A stretch of DNA of 64,000 nucleotides from Oscillospiraceae bacterium (GTDB lineage: Bacteria; Bacillota; Clostridia; Oscillospirales; Oscillospiraceae): positions 31,176 to 95,175 of the forward strand of contig SVLI01000007.1 of NCBI GenBank assembly GCA_015068035.1, in the 5' to 3' direction. Below the pieces are notes generated by a model, which saw only the letters and a list, made by a program, of their open reading frames with translations, was not told the origin of the DNA and did no database searches. Of this stretch, positions 25,188 through 34,467 are shown in pieces (position 1 is the first letter of the stretch; each line of letters starts with the position of its first letter). Both the position numbers and the translations under genes were made by a program.

Positions 25188-27092
25188 ATGAGTGCAATCA
25201 GCGGTGTCATCAGTTTGAATCAAGCAGGAATTCCTTATGAAACAGTATTGCAGTTTGATCAAGTCATGCGTACACAGAAGCACCGCGGCCCCTGCGCTAC
25301 ACGTTTCTGCGCTTTGGGCTTTGATAAAAAGACTATACTTGCGGAAAGCACCGCGCAGTTCAATGGCAATTCTGCAATCAAGAGCCTGATTGGGCACAAT
25401 CTTTTGTGGATATATAAGGAAAAAGCCCCCGTTTTCCATCCCTTCTGCAGCGAAGACAAAACCATAGGCATTGCTTATGACGGGCAAATCTTCAACATTG
25501 CTGAAATCAAGGCCGAGCTGACCGCAAAGGGCATCCGTTTCCGATCGGAGACGGATGAAGAAGTTCTTCTGTGCGCTTATGTGGAATACGGCATTGAGGA
25601 GATGTCTCGCAAGCTCAATGGTCTCTTCGTTTTTGTGCTGTTTGATCTGAACCGGGACGTATTGCACATCGTTGGCGACCGGTATGGTGCAAAGCCCCTG
25701 TATTACACAGTGTCCGACGACAAGCTTTATTTTGCATCTGAATTGAAGGGTCTCATCCAAATCGATGCTCTCAACCGGGAACTCGACCTCGATGCCTGCA
25801 ACGCACGTTTGATTTTTGCACGCACCGGCAGCCGAGTCCTCCTCAAAGGTGTAAAACTGCTGGCTCAGGCGGAAATACTGACCGCCACCGCAGGTAACGT
25901 CAGCAGCAGCACATTCTTCAGTTGGGATTCCTATCAGCGTAACAACGACATGTTCAAAAGCGCAGAGGATGCCATCGCCGCAACGGAAGAGGTTTTTGAA
26001 AAGATCGTCTCTCGTCAGCTGGAGAAAAAGCGCATGGGCATCCAGCTTTCTGGCGGTATTGACTCGACGCTGACGGCATATTTTGCCAAAAAGCTGGAAC
26101 GCGATAACTTCACCGAGGCGGTCGGTATTGTTGACGGAATGGGTGATGCCGGTGAGGAGCGCTACATCCGCATTGTTTCTGACAAGCTGGGTCTAAATCT
26201 GCATACCTTCCAGATGAACCCGAATTACTTTGCTGACAACTATGAAAAGATGGTGTGGCACAACGATGCCCCCGTCTATCGTCCCTATTTCTCATGCTTC
26301 ATGCGTCTTGGCGAGCTCGCCAAGGCAAACGCCGATGTTCTTTTCTGCGGTGAAGGCGCGGACGAATTTGCCGGCGGATACAGCCGTTTTGCTGGCGGCG
26401 CAATGGTACCTTTTCTCTCAAAGCTGCAAATTACCAACAACGCTGTCAAGAGCTACCACAGCTACGCCGAGTATGCAGTTATGGCCGGCGAAACCATCAC
26501 GGATTTCACCACTCTCGGCTACGGCAACGTGGAAGGTCTGCTTCAGGAGCGAATGGATATCTTCAACAAATCCGAAGGCACCAACTTTACCAAGCACCTG
26601 AAATTTGAAATCCGCGAATGTCTGCCTGAAGCTTCACTCCGGCAGGACAAGATGACCATGGCAAGCTCCATCCAGAACCGCGCTCCGTTTCTGGATAACG
26701 AACTGGTAGAACTGCTTATGACCATGCGTGAGGATTATCTCGTACGTTTTGTGGATCATTCCCCCATGAATCTCGGTACCGATCCCTTTACCTGGATGCA
26801 GGGCAAGTGGATACTCAAGGAGATCGTGGCCAAGCACTTCGGCCGTGACTTTGCCTACCGCAAAAAGGCCATTATGAATCTGGACGAGCGCAGCATGCTC
26901 ACCGACCCGCAGTTTGTGGAATACGCACACGATCAGGTATTCCCCCGTATGAAAGACCGCGGGATGTTCGATGCACAGATGGTGATGGACCGTTTTGACC
27001 GCGCTGCAACCATCACTTCCCGAGAGTTCACCAGCATGTGGAAGGCAATCAGCACGGAAACCTGGTGTCAGCTGTTTATTGACAGAAAATAA
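25188..27092 (+). CDS. Asparagine synthetase B-like amidotransferase lacking the N-terminal Cys nucleophile
   Basis: The PP-loop motif is GIQLSGGIDST. The N-terminus is MSAISGV where the canonical sequence is MCGIxG. A GGAGG RBS lies 7 nt upstream of the ATG. Confidence 0.85.
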   Translation: MSAISGVISLNQAGIPYETVLQFDQVMRTQKHRGPCATRFCALGFDKKTILAESTAQFNGNSAIKSLIGHNLLWIYKEKAPVFHPFCSEDKTIGIAYDGQIFNIAEIKAELTAKGIRFRSETDEEVLLCAYVEYGIEEMSRKLNGLFVFVLFDLNRDVLHIVGDRYGAKPLYYTVSDDKLYFASELKGLIQIDALNRELDLDACNARLIFARTGSRVLLKGVKLLAQAEILTATAGNVSSSTFFSWDSYQRNNDMFKSAEDAIAATEEVFEKIVSRQLEKKRMGIQLSGGIDSTLTAYFAKKLERDNFTEAVGIVDGMGDAGEERYIRIVSDKLGLNLHTFQMNPNYFADNYEKMVWHNDAPVYRPYFSCFMRLGELAKANADVLFCGEGADEFAGGYSRFAGGAMVPFLSKLQITNNAVKSYHSYAEYAVMAGETITDFTTLGYGNVEGLLQERMDIFNKSEGTNFTKHLKFEIRECLPEASLRQDKMTMASSIQNRAPFLDNELVELLMTMREDYLVRFVDHSPMNLGTDPFTWMQGKWILKEIVAKHFGRDFAYRKKAIMNLDERSMLTDPQFVEYAHDQVFPRMKDRGMFDAQMVMDRFDRAATITSREFTSMWKAISTETWCQLFIDRK

Positions 27093-27221
27093 GGCGTCCT
27101 TCCTATGCCAGCGGAGCCTTAACCGACGTCTGGAAGCTGCCATCTCCCGTAAGTTTTTCTTCCCTGCAACATAACACTTCGATGCTGTTTTAAAAACTGA
27201 TTGCATAGTTTTGGAGGCAAT

Positions 27222-27953
27222 ATGTGCGAGAATTCCACACCAGTACCCGAAATCCAGACTAATATCCCCAAACCGAAGGATACTATTTATACCCGATATA
27301 TCAAACGCCTGCTGGACATCATTCTCAGCGGTGGAGCAATTGTGGTATTGAGCCCCGTACTGCTGGTGCTTTGTATTTTGGAGCTCATCTATCACGGAAA
27401 GCCTATTTTTTACGTGCAGCGCCGTCCGGGCAAGGATGGAAAGTTGTTCGATATGTATAAGTTCCGCTCCATGAACAACAAAACAGATGAGAATGGTGTG
27501 TTGTTGTATGCACATTTGCGCATTACGCCCTTTGGGCGCTTTATCCGCCGTTACTCTTTGGATGAGCTCGCCGGACTATTTAATGTATTTAACGGTACGA
27601 TGTCTATAATTGGCCCCCGCCCTCTTCTTGCGGATTATCTGCCCCTGTACACCGAACGACATCAGTATCGTCACAGTGTGCGTCCCGGTCTGGCCTGCTG
27701 GGATTTGCGAGAAAACAAGGAACTCACCGCCGATCAGTGGACCTGGAATGCGCAGTTTGAAAGCGATATTTACTATGTGGAAAATGTCAGTTTTCTTATG
27801 GATGTAAAGATGGTTCTGAAAACGCTTCAGGTTATCTTTGCAAAAAACGAAATGCGCACCAACGGTGACCGTCTGCGGTATGACGGCACGAATCTCAACG
27901 ATACAAGAACCTTTGCGCAATTCCTTCAGGATCAGGAGAAGGAACAGAAATAA
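27222..27953 (+). CDS. Small bacterial sugar transferase (monotopic phosphoglycosyl transferase, initiating enzyme)
   Basis: YIKRLLDIILSGGAIVVLSPVLL...GKPIFYVQRRPGKDGKLFDMYKFRSM and IGPRPL are present. The ATG at 27222 follows GGAGG. Confidence 0.88.
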   Translation: MCENSTPVPEIQTNIPKPKDTIYTRYIKRLLDIILSGGAIVVLSPVLLVLCILELIYHGKPIFYVQRRPGKDGKLFDMYKFRSMNNKTDENGVLLYAHLRITPFGRFIRRYSLDELAGLFNVFNGTMSIIGPRPLLADYLPLYTERHQYRHSVRPGLACWDLRENKELTADQWTWNAQFESDIYYVENVSFLMDVKMVLKTLQVIFAKNEMRTNGDRLRYDGTNLNDTRTFAQFLQDQEKEQK

Positions 27954-27992
27954 GTGCAAGAAGCGCAATTCAAGTTTTACGGGGAGACATTG

Positions 27993-29420
27993 ATGAAAAT
28001 CTTTCAGAAAATAATCTCAAGCAACAGCTTGACGGGTTTTCCCGCGCTTGGTAAAAACAATACCAATGCATTGGATAAGCTTGTGGCTCTTGTGCTCGCA
28101 ACAGCACCTCTGCTACAGTACTATAAGGGGATCTCCGTTTTCCATGCCGGTTTTCTGGTTCTTATTGTTTGCATCCCCTATATCGGCATCCGGCTGCTGC
28201 TACGCATCCGGGAGCTGGAGTGGAAAAATCTTTGGTATGCGTTGCCCCTTGTATTGTTTCAAGTCTACCGTGTAGTTGCGCATGGAACAGATTTTATCGA
28301 GTTTATGCACGGTGTGGTGCTGAGCGCTTATTTCATTGCGATAGCGCTCGGTGGTATTAATCTGCGCTATGTAACACTGTCTGCCTGCGTTATCTCGCTT
28401 ATGGCGGGTTTTTTGGTCATAGTACAAACGATTTCGTACTTTGTGTTTCACACTCATCTCCAGCTAACTGCAACCGGCCTTCTGCTGGCGGAAAGTGAGC
28501 AGTGGGTTGCCCTTGCGCAGACAGGAATTATCGGCATTACCGGAAAGGCCGGTCTGCTCTATCGCCCATCCGCCTTTTTTCTTGAACCGTCTCACCTTCT
28601 GATGTACAGCATGCCGGTTCTCTTTGTTCTGCTGCTCACCCCACAGATGACGCGTATAAAACGCATCGGTGCGGTAATTATCTCCCTCGGACTGATACTG
28701 TCCACCTCAGGAATGGGTATCATGTTGGTGCTCGGTGTATGGATGCTACAGCTTGGCTTTTCGAACGGTAAGGAAAACCATTTGGCCTTTAAAAATCTAT
28801 TTTGTAAACAGAGCATCTTGCGTTGTTTTGCCTTTTTGATTGTATTCTGTATGATTTGCTTTATCCTGCCGTCCCTTCGCTATGCTGTCTTGCGAAGTGT
28901 TATCAGTGACAAGCAGCTTGCTGATATCATGCCAAAGACAAGTCAAACGTTGGCGGATTTTAGAACAAAGGCTTTTGATGAAATATCCACTTCTATGTCC
29001 CCCTCTACTTCTACTGAAATAGCAGGTCTTTCAGATAATACTGCTACACCAAGCACTTCAACGGCAATTTCCGGGCGCACCGAATGGCCCCTTATACGAC
29101 TAAAGCAAATGACTGCATCCGAGTTGTGCACCGGCGTAGGCGATACTTTGCCCGCGAATTATGACTTCCCCAAACCCGGCTTCTTTGCAACCATGTTTAA
29201 ATACGGAATCATCGGCACCGTGATATCCTACCTTTACTATTTGCTCTGCGCCTGCTATACAAAACACGCTTACAGATGGATTGCGATCATTACAATCCTT
29301 CTCTCGTTTGTTGATGCACAATCACACGGAACATTCTGTATGCTACATTATGTGCTGATCCTCATGGGCGGCTGCTATCTCCGTTCGAGAGACCGTGTAG
29401 GAAGTACGGAAAAAACATGA
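27993..29420 (+). CDS. Polytopic membrane protein, O-antigen polymerase/ligase (Wzy-like)
   Basis: At least 10 hydrophobic segments. The ATG at 27993 lies 6 nt after GGGGAG. The locus context is polysaccharide synthesis. A Ser/Thr-rich loop lies around 28980-29075. Confidence 0.65.
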   Translation: MKIFQKIISSNSLTGFPALGKNNTNALDKLVALVLATAPLLQYYKGISVFHAGFLVLIVCIPYIGIRLLLRIRELEWKNLWYALPLVLFQVYRVVAHGTDFIEFMHGVVLSAYFIAIALGGINLRYVTLSACVISLMAGFLVIVQTISYFVFHTHLQLTATGLLLAESEQWVALAQTGIIGITGKAGLLYRPSAFFLEPSHLLMYSMPVLFVLLLTPQMTRIKRIGAVIISLGLILSTSGMGIMLVLGVWMLQLGFSNGKENHLAFKNLFCKQSILRCFAFLIVFCMICFILPSLRYAVLRSVISDKQLADIMPKTSQTLADFRTKAFDEISTSMSPSTSTEIAGLSDNTATPSTSTAISGRTEWPLIRLKQMTASELCTGVGDTLPANYDFPKPGFFATMFKYGIIGTVISYLYYLLCACYTKHAYRWIAIITILLSFVDAQSHGTFCMLHYVLILMGGCYLRSRDRVGSTEKT

Positions 29421-29482
29421 CCATTACGGCGAGAGTTTTCCCTCTGTAATGCACAAAGTAATAATCAACTTAGGAGTTTCTC

Positions 29483-30640
29483 ATAAAAGCACTGATTCTG
29501 GCCGGCAGTCTGCCACAGATTGATCTTATCCAGCAGTTGGAGGACTGCGGCATATACACTATCTTGGTGGATGGGGCAAAAGAGCCTGTTGTTCTTCCCT
29601 ATGCGGATACCTTTTATCAGGTGGATATTTTCAATGTGGAAATGATAAAAGAAATCGCCCTCTCATAAAAGCCAGACTTCCTCACCACCGTCTGCGCTGG
29701 TCAGGTTCTGTGGGTAGCGGCTCAGGTTTATGAAATGCTCGGCCTCCCCTGCTACATTGACTACCATATGGTTCAGCTCGTTTCCGACAAGACTTACATC
29801 TTCCTAGAGGACGATATTCCCAGTTCCCGCTATGTTGAGTTCTGGGAACTCGAGTGGGAAAAGATCAATCCCCTCTGATATCCGCTGGTTGTCAAACTGG
29901 TGGACGCATGCAGTTCCAAGGATGTCCGCAAAGTCCGGAACAGGGAGAAGCCGAAAACCTATTTCCGGGAGGGCTTTGGGATCAGCCGTAGCGGCGGTGT
30001 CATTATCGAGGAATTCTGCGTTGGTGATAAGTTCAGCTTGGGCCGCTACGTGGAAGACTGTGAAGCGAAGCTTCTCCGCGTTTCCAACCGCGAAAAGCTT
30101 TGCGTGGATGACCGCTTTATCATTTTCCACGGACGTTTCCCCGCTAATGTCTCCCCGGCACTTACCGAAAGATCCACCACGTTGCTTAGCAGATTGCAGG
30201 TGCCTTTGGACTGAAGAACACGCCTATGCTTGTCCAGGTGATCATCGACAGCGAAAATGTATCGGTTCTGGAGTTCTGTACCCGTACCGGCGGCTGCATG
30301 AAGCATCTGCTGTTCCGTCGTTCCTGTGGCTTTGATGTGATTCGCACAGTTATTGACCGCACTCCGGGCCAGTTCCCCCATGTGGAGTTGAGGCATCCGG
30401 AGAGCGCCATCATTGTCAATGACATCATCTATTGCAACAATGGTGTGTTCTACCATCTAGACGACTTTGACGCGCTCATGGACGAAGAAGTTATTTCGGA
30501 CTATGCTGTCTGCAGCCCAAGGGCATGACCGTCAACGGCATTCACAGCTGCAGCAACCGCATTTCCAGCTTTACCATTCATGCCGACACGCCGGAGGGGT
30601 TCAATCGCAAACAGCGGATTACCGTTCACGCGCAAAGGCA
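29483..30640 (+). pseudogene. ATP-grasp enzyme of capsule/EPS loci, inactivated
   Basis: An AGGAG RBS is followed by ATA (29483) where ATG is expected (IKALILAGSLPQIDLI...). In-frame TAA at 29666 and TGA at 29876 interrupt it. Frameshifts follow after about 30210, with pieces in three frames. Confidence 0.8.
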
Positions 30641-31800
30641 AGCATCCTGTTTATCTCTGTCAGCAGAATCTGCTCCACCTGCACATTGCGTATCTGGTAG
30701 GATGTGCATTTTCCTTGCTACTTGCGGTAGAGGTGGTGCACGCGAAATGTTGCTGCTCGTATGTCCACCCGCTGACTCGGACTTGGTACAGTTTCGTACC
30801 GCAGTCAGCGCAGAACAGCATTCCCGACAAGACCGGCTTTCGCCCATCAGCGTGAGTCTGCGTCTGCCGTTGCGGATATTCTAGACAATTTCAAAGGTCT
30901 CTTGGTCAATAATGGCTTCGTGGGTGTTTTCAAAGATCACCCATTCAGACGGGCCATTGCTGACCTTTTTCTTTGATTTGCAGGATTTCTTCTGGGTCTT
31001 GAAATTTACCGTGTGACCCAGGTATTCCATCTTCACTAGAATATCTGCCACTGTGCGATGTTGACATGCGCAAATGTCCTCCATCTCTTAGGGATGTTGT
31101 TGATACCCACGCGGCGGAGATGCACTGCAGGAGCAGGTATCTGCTTCTACAACAGCTCCTTCGCAATATGCGAAGGCCCCTTTCCAGCTACACACATTTT
31201 GAAAATGTCCCTGACCACATTAGCTGCGACCTCATCCACGATCCAGTGATGCTTATCGTCTGGGTTTTTGAGTTAGCCAACGGGTGGGTTGGTGCACAGC
31301 GGTTTGCCAGATTCGCCCTTTGCCTTGAACCCCGCGCGAATCTTCTTACTGGTGTCTTTGGCGCACCATTCATTCGTTGATGATATTGAGGAACGGAGTA
31401 AAATAACTGTCCTGCTGATTGGCACCGTCCACGCCATTGTTGATGACGATAAAACAGACATCTACTCCGAGCGGCACCACCTCGGTGTAGTAACCTGTCT
31501 TGAGGTAATCTCTGCCTAGTCTGATCATGTCCTTTACGATGTCCGCGCGCCCTTGTCTACGTCCGCAAAGGCATAAGGCCCTGCAAGTCCGGGCGATCAG
31601 AGTTCATACCGCTTTAAGCACCATCTACAAAAACAAGGTATTTCCAACGCCGTTGTCATCGGCGTATTTCTGGAGGATAGCCTTTTGATTCAAAATGGAA
31701 TTGCTATCGCCCTACAGTTTATCGTCACGGGAGAGTCTGCAATACAGCGCCGTGATCTTATCCACCGCAATAGTGAAAGATGCCCAAAGAATACGATGAC
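30620..31800 (-). pseudogene. Large serine recombinase remnant (mobile-element integrase), multiply frameshifted and C-terminally truncated
   Basis: Minus-strand fragments include ITALYCRLSRDDKL*, IVKDMIRLGRDY, DTSKKIRAGFKAKGESGKPL, FENTHEAIIDQETFEIV, KPVLSGMLFCADCGTKLYQ and CTSYQIRNVQVEQILL. They are spread over all three frames with internal stops. Confidence 0.8.
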
Positions 31801-31920
31801 TGCGTCAATGAAAAGTACGGCTTTATCGAACTGGGGATATTCTCCTATGCTTTCCGTCTCGGCGGTAGACTTCTTATGCTTACCAAACTGATGGACAGCG
31901 GCGAAGATGTCTAAAACAGA

Positions 31921-31963
31921 AAAGACCGCACAGCAGGCTATATAGCCTGCTGTGTGGTCTTTT
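31921..31963. terminator. Bidirectional intrinsic terminator
   Basis: A 19-bp stem (aaagaccgcacagcaggct / agcctgctgtgtggtcttt, one G-U pair) carries the loop atat. T-runs are present on both strands. Confidence 0.8.
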
Positions 31964-32065
31964 CGTTGGCGCCATTCGATGACGTCACTCAAAAATTATC
32001 GATGTTTTTAATAATCCCTAAGTGAACGCTCCAAAATGAGCGCCTTTTTCCAGACAGATAAAGTC

Positions 32066-32344
32066 TTACTGGCCTTCTCTCATGCGAGCGAAGCAATCGC
32101 TGCAGTAAACAGGGCGATCAGACTTGGGCTCGAACGGAACGCGAGCCTCGCCGCCGCAATTCGCGCAGACAGCCGTGAAGAACTCACGGGGGCCACGGGC
32201 AGCGTTCTTGCGGGCGTCACGGCAGGGCTTGCAGCGCTGGGGCTCATTCTGGAAGCCGCGCTCAGCGTAAAACTCCTGCTCACCGGCGGAGAAGATAAAC
32301 TCTGCGCCGCACTCTTTGCAAACCAGTTTCTTGTCTTCGAACAT
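32066..32344 (-). CDS. Zinc-ribbon protein (two CxxC...CxxC units)
   Basis: The sequence reads CKECGAEFIFSAGEQEFYAERGF...CKPC and CANCGGEARVPF...YCSDCF. This matches the small 'probable zinc-ribbon' family found widely in bacteria. Confidence 0.8.
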   Translation of the reverse strand: MFEDKKLVCKECGAEFIFSAGEQEFYAERGFQNEPQRCKPCRDARKNAARGPREFFTAVCANCGGEARVPFEPKSDRPVYCSDCFARMREGQ

Positions 32345-32397
32345 TTTACATCCTCACTTTACTTTGAGAGCCTACCCTTTCGGGCTGAAATATTGCG

Positions 32398-33018
32398 TCA
32401 GCTTTCGCTGAATTCGCCAAGGTCATAGTACCGGGCCAACTTGCGCCTGATACGCTGCACCGCGTTATCCACCGATTTGACGGACCTTCCCGTCCGTTCA
32501 GCCATTTCCTGATAGGACAAGCCTCTCAAAAACAGCTCCAGCACCTCTTGCTCGTAAGCGGACAAACGCTGTGCGATATTCTCATTAAACTCATCTGCGC
32601 GCTCTCTGGCCAGTACCATTTCCTCAGGACCACGGCGGAACGCTATCTTGGATTTGTTTGCAGAACCCTCATCCTCAAGCATCATAGCTTCAATCGGAAC
32701 GCCTTGATTCAGGGGCTGATGTTTTAATCTAGAAGCTGCGCGAATCGCAGAACGCAAGCGATTGCGGATACAGGTTTCTGCATAGGCCTGAAAGGGAACC
32801 TGCTCGCTCGGGTCATATTCGCGTATCGCAGAGAGCAAACCAAACATGCCCTCCTGCGTGAGATCCTCGCTGTCGCCGCCCGCGAGGAAATAGGGCCGTG
32901 CACATGCACGCACCAATCGGCTGTATCGCAGAGCCAAAGCCTCTTCCGCTTCCCGGTTTCCGGCCGCGACCAACGCAAACAGCGCTTGCTCTTCCTGCTT
33001 ATTGTACTTTTCTGCCAT
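32398..33018 (-). CDS. sigH: RNA polymerase sporulation sigma factor SigH
   Basis: YSRLVRACARPYFLAGGDSEDLTQEGMFGLLSAIREYD...FQAYAETCIRNRL matches Spo0H. The start is ATG at 33018; an alternative GTG lies at 33030. Confidence 0.85.
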   Translation of the reverse strand: MAEKYNKQEEQALFALVAAGNREAEEALALRYSRLVRACARPYFLAGGDSEDLTQEGMFGLLSAIREYDPSEQVPFQAYAETCIRNRLRSAIRAASRLKHQPLNQGVPIEAMMLEDEGSANKSKIAFRRGPEEMVLARERADEFNENIAQRLSAYEQEVLELFLRGLSYQEMAERTGRSVKSVDNAVQRIRRKLARYYDLGEFSES

Positions 33019-33038
33019 TTTTCTTATCACTTAGCGCC

Positions 33039-33067
33039 ATTATATGCGTGTTTTTGCCACTTGTCAA
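33039..33067 (-). promoter_or_regulatory. Consensus sigma-A promoter for sigH
   Basis: On the minus strand the sequence reads TTGACA, then 17 nt, then TATAAT. Both hexamers are perfect. Confidence 0.75.
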
Positions 33068-33095
33068 GAATATTTGTAAAATATCTTGAATGATC

Positions 33096-34454
33096 TTATG
33101 GATTCATGTGATTTTTTATTAATTTTGTCAAAAATTCAGCCGTCTGCTCTGCAAGTTCCTGCGTCTGCGCTTCAACCATAACGCGGATGAGCGGCTCCGT
33201 CCCCGAGGGACGAACCAGCACTCTTCCCTGCCCCGGGATGGCCGCCTCCGCTTCTTTGATTTCGCGCAGCAGCTGCTCATTTTTCATAATCGCTTCCTTG
33301 ACGCTGTTTCCGCCCTCAACCCGGATGTTTTGGAGCACCTGCGGGAAGGCCGGGACTTCGGCAGCCAGCTCGGAAAGCTTTTTGCCGCTCGCGCACAGGA
33401 CGCTGAGGAACTTGACGGCGGTCAACTGTCCGTCGCCGGTGGTCACATCGTCCAAAAAGATCATATGGCCGGACTGTTCTCCGCCCAGATTGTAGCCACC
33501 CTCAAGCATCTTCGCCAACACGTTGCGGTCACCGACCGCCGCGCAGTGCAGCGTGATGCCGTTTTCTTCCGAGAACACGTGCAATCCGAGGTTCGACATC
33601 ACGGTTGCCACGATGCTGTTGCCTTTGAGCTTGCCCTTTTGCAGCATACTGCGGCCGATGATTCCCATGATTTTGTCGCCATCCACCAGTTCGCCACACT
33701 CATCCATCACGAGGCAGCGGTCAGCATCTCCGTCAAAGGCAATACCGATATCATAGCCGCCGGCCGTAACCATGCGGCTGAGAAGCTCCATATGCGTGGA
33801 GCCACATCCGTCGTTGATATTGCAGCCATCCGGATGATCCTGAATCAGCTCAAGGGAAATCGGGAAACGGCTGAAAATTTTGCTTGCCGTGCGGGAAGCC
33901 GCGCCGTTGGCACAGTCGATGATCACCTTCAGCCCGGCAATCTCTCCCTCCGCGCAGGAAACGATATGCTCGATGTACTGCTTAGTATATTCCCCGCCGC
34001 GGTCAATAAACCGACCCATCTCTCCGCCACGGCAGATCTTCAGTTCCTCTTCCCCGTCCAGCAGCGCTTCAATCCGCGCCTCCAGCTCATCGGAAAGCTT
34101 GAATCCGTTTGCGTTGAAAATTTTGATGCCATTATCCGGATACGGATTGTGGGAGGCGGAGATCACAATGCCCGCATCCGCATCGCTTTGCGCCGTGATA
34201 TAGGCAACCGCCGGTGTCGGCACAACGCCCAAACGAATCACATCCGCACCCGCCGTGAACAGTCCCGCCGCCAGGGCGGATTCCAGCATATCACCCGAAA
34301 TACGGGTGTCTTTTCCAATCGTAAAAACCGGACGCTCATGCCCGGCTTCGGCCAGCACCATGGCCGCCGCCTGCCCCACGCGGAAAGCAAGCTCTGCATT
34401 CAGCCCGGCGTTGACTACGCCGCGGATGCCATCAGTACCGAAATATTTACCCAC
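33096..34454 (-). CDS. glmM: Phosphoglucosamine mutase
   Basis: (V)GKYFGTDGIRG and the active-site loop ISASHNP are present. The GTG at 34454 lies 7 nt after GGGGGA. The longer track ORF would overlap ruvB. Confidence 0.93.
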   Translation of the reverse strand: MGKYFGTDGIRGVVNAGLNAELAFRVGQAAAMVLAEAGHERPVFTIGKDTRISGDMLESALAAGLFTAGADVIRLGVVPTPAVAYITAQSDADAGIVISASHNPYPDNGIKIFNANGFKLSDELEARIEALLDGEEELKICRGGEMGRFIDRGGEYTKQYIEHIVSCAEGEIAGLKVIIDCANGAASRTASKIFSRFPISLELIQDHPDGCNINDGCGSTHMELLSRMVTAGGYDIGIAFDGDADRCLVMDECGELVDGDKIMGIIGRSMLQKGKLKGNSIVATVMSNLGLHVFSEENGITLHCAAVGDRNVLAKMLEGGYNLGGEQSGHMIFLDDVTTGDGQLTAVKFLSVLCASGKKLSELAAEVPAFPQVLQNIRVEGGNSVKEAIMKNEQLLREIKEAEAAIPGQGRVLVRPSGTEPLIRVMVEAQTQELAEQTAEFLTKLIKNHMNP

Positions 34455-34467
34455 AGCTGTTTCCCCC

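Noticed and set aside
31780-31914. 44-codon plus-strand ORF (MPKEYDDCVNEKYGFIELGIFSYAFRLGGRLLMLTKLMDSGEDV) ending just before the strong terminator at 31921
   Set aside because: It has no convincing RBS and overlaps the 5' end of the recombinase remnant. I recognise no family. It may be the orphaned 3' end of a gene disrupted by the island, but I cannot support it as a feature.
24661-32005. 8-bp direct repeat atcgatgt at 24661-24668 and 31998-32005 as possible att sites of the island
   Set aside because: It is too short to be significant in 64 kb and contains the palindrome ATCGAT. Comparison with an empty site would be needed.
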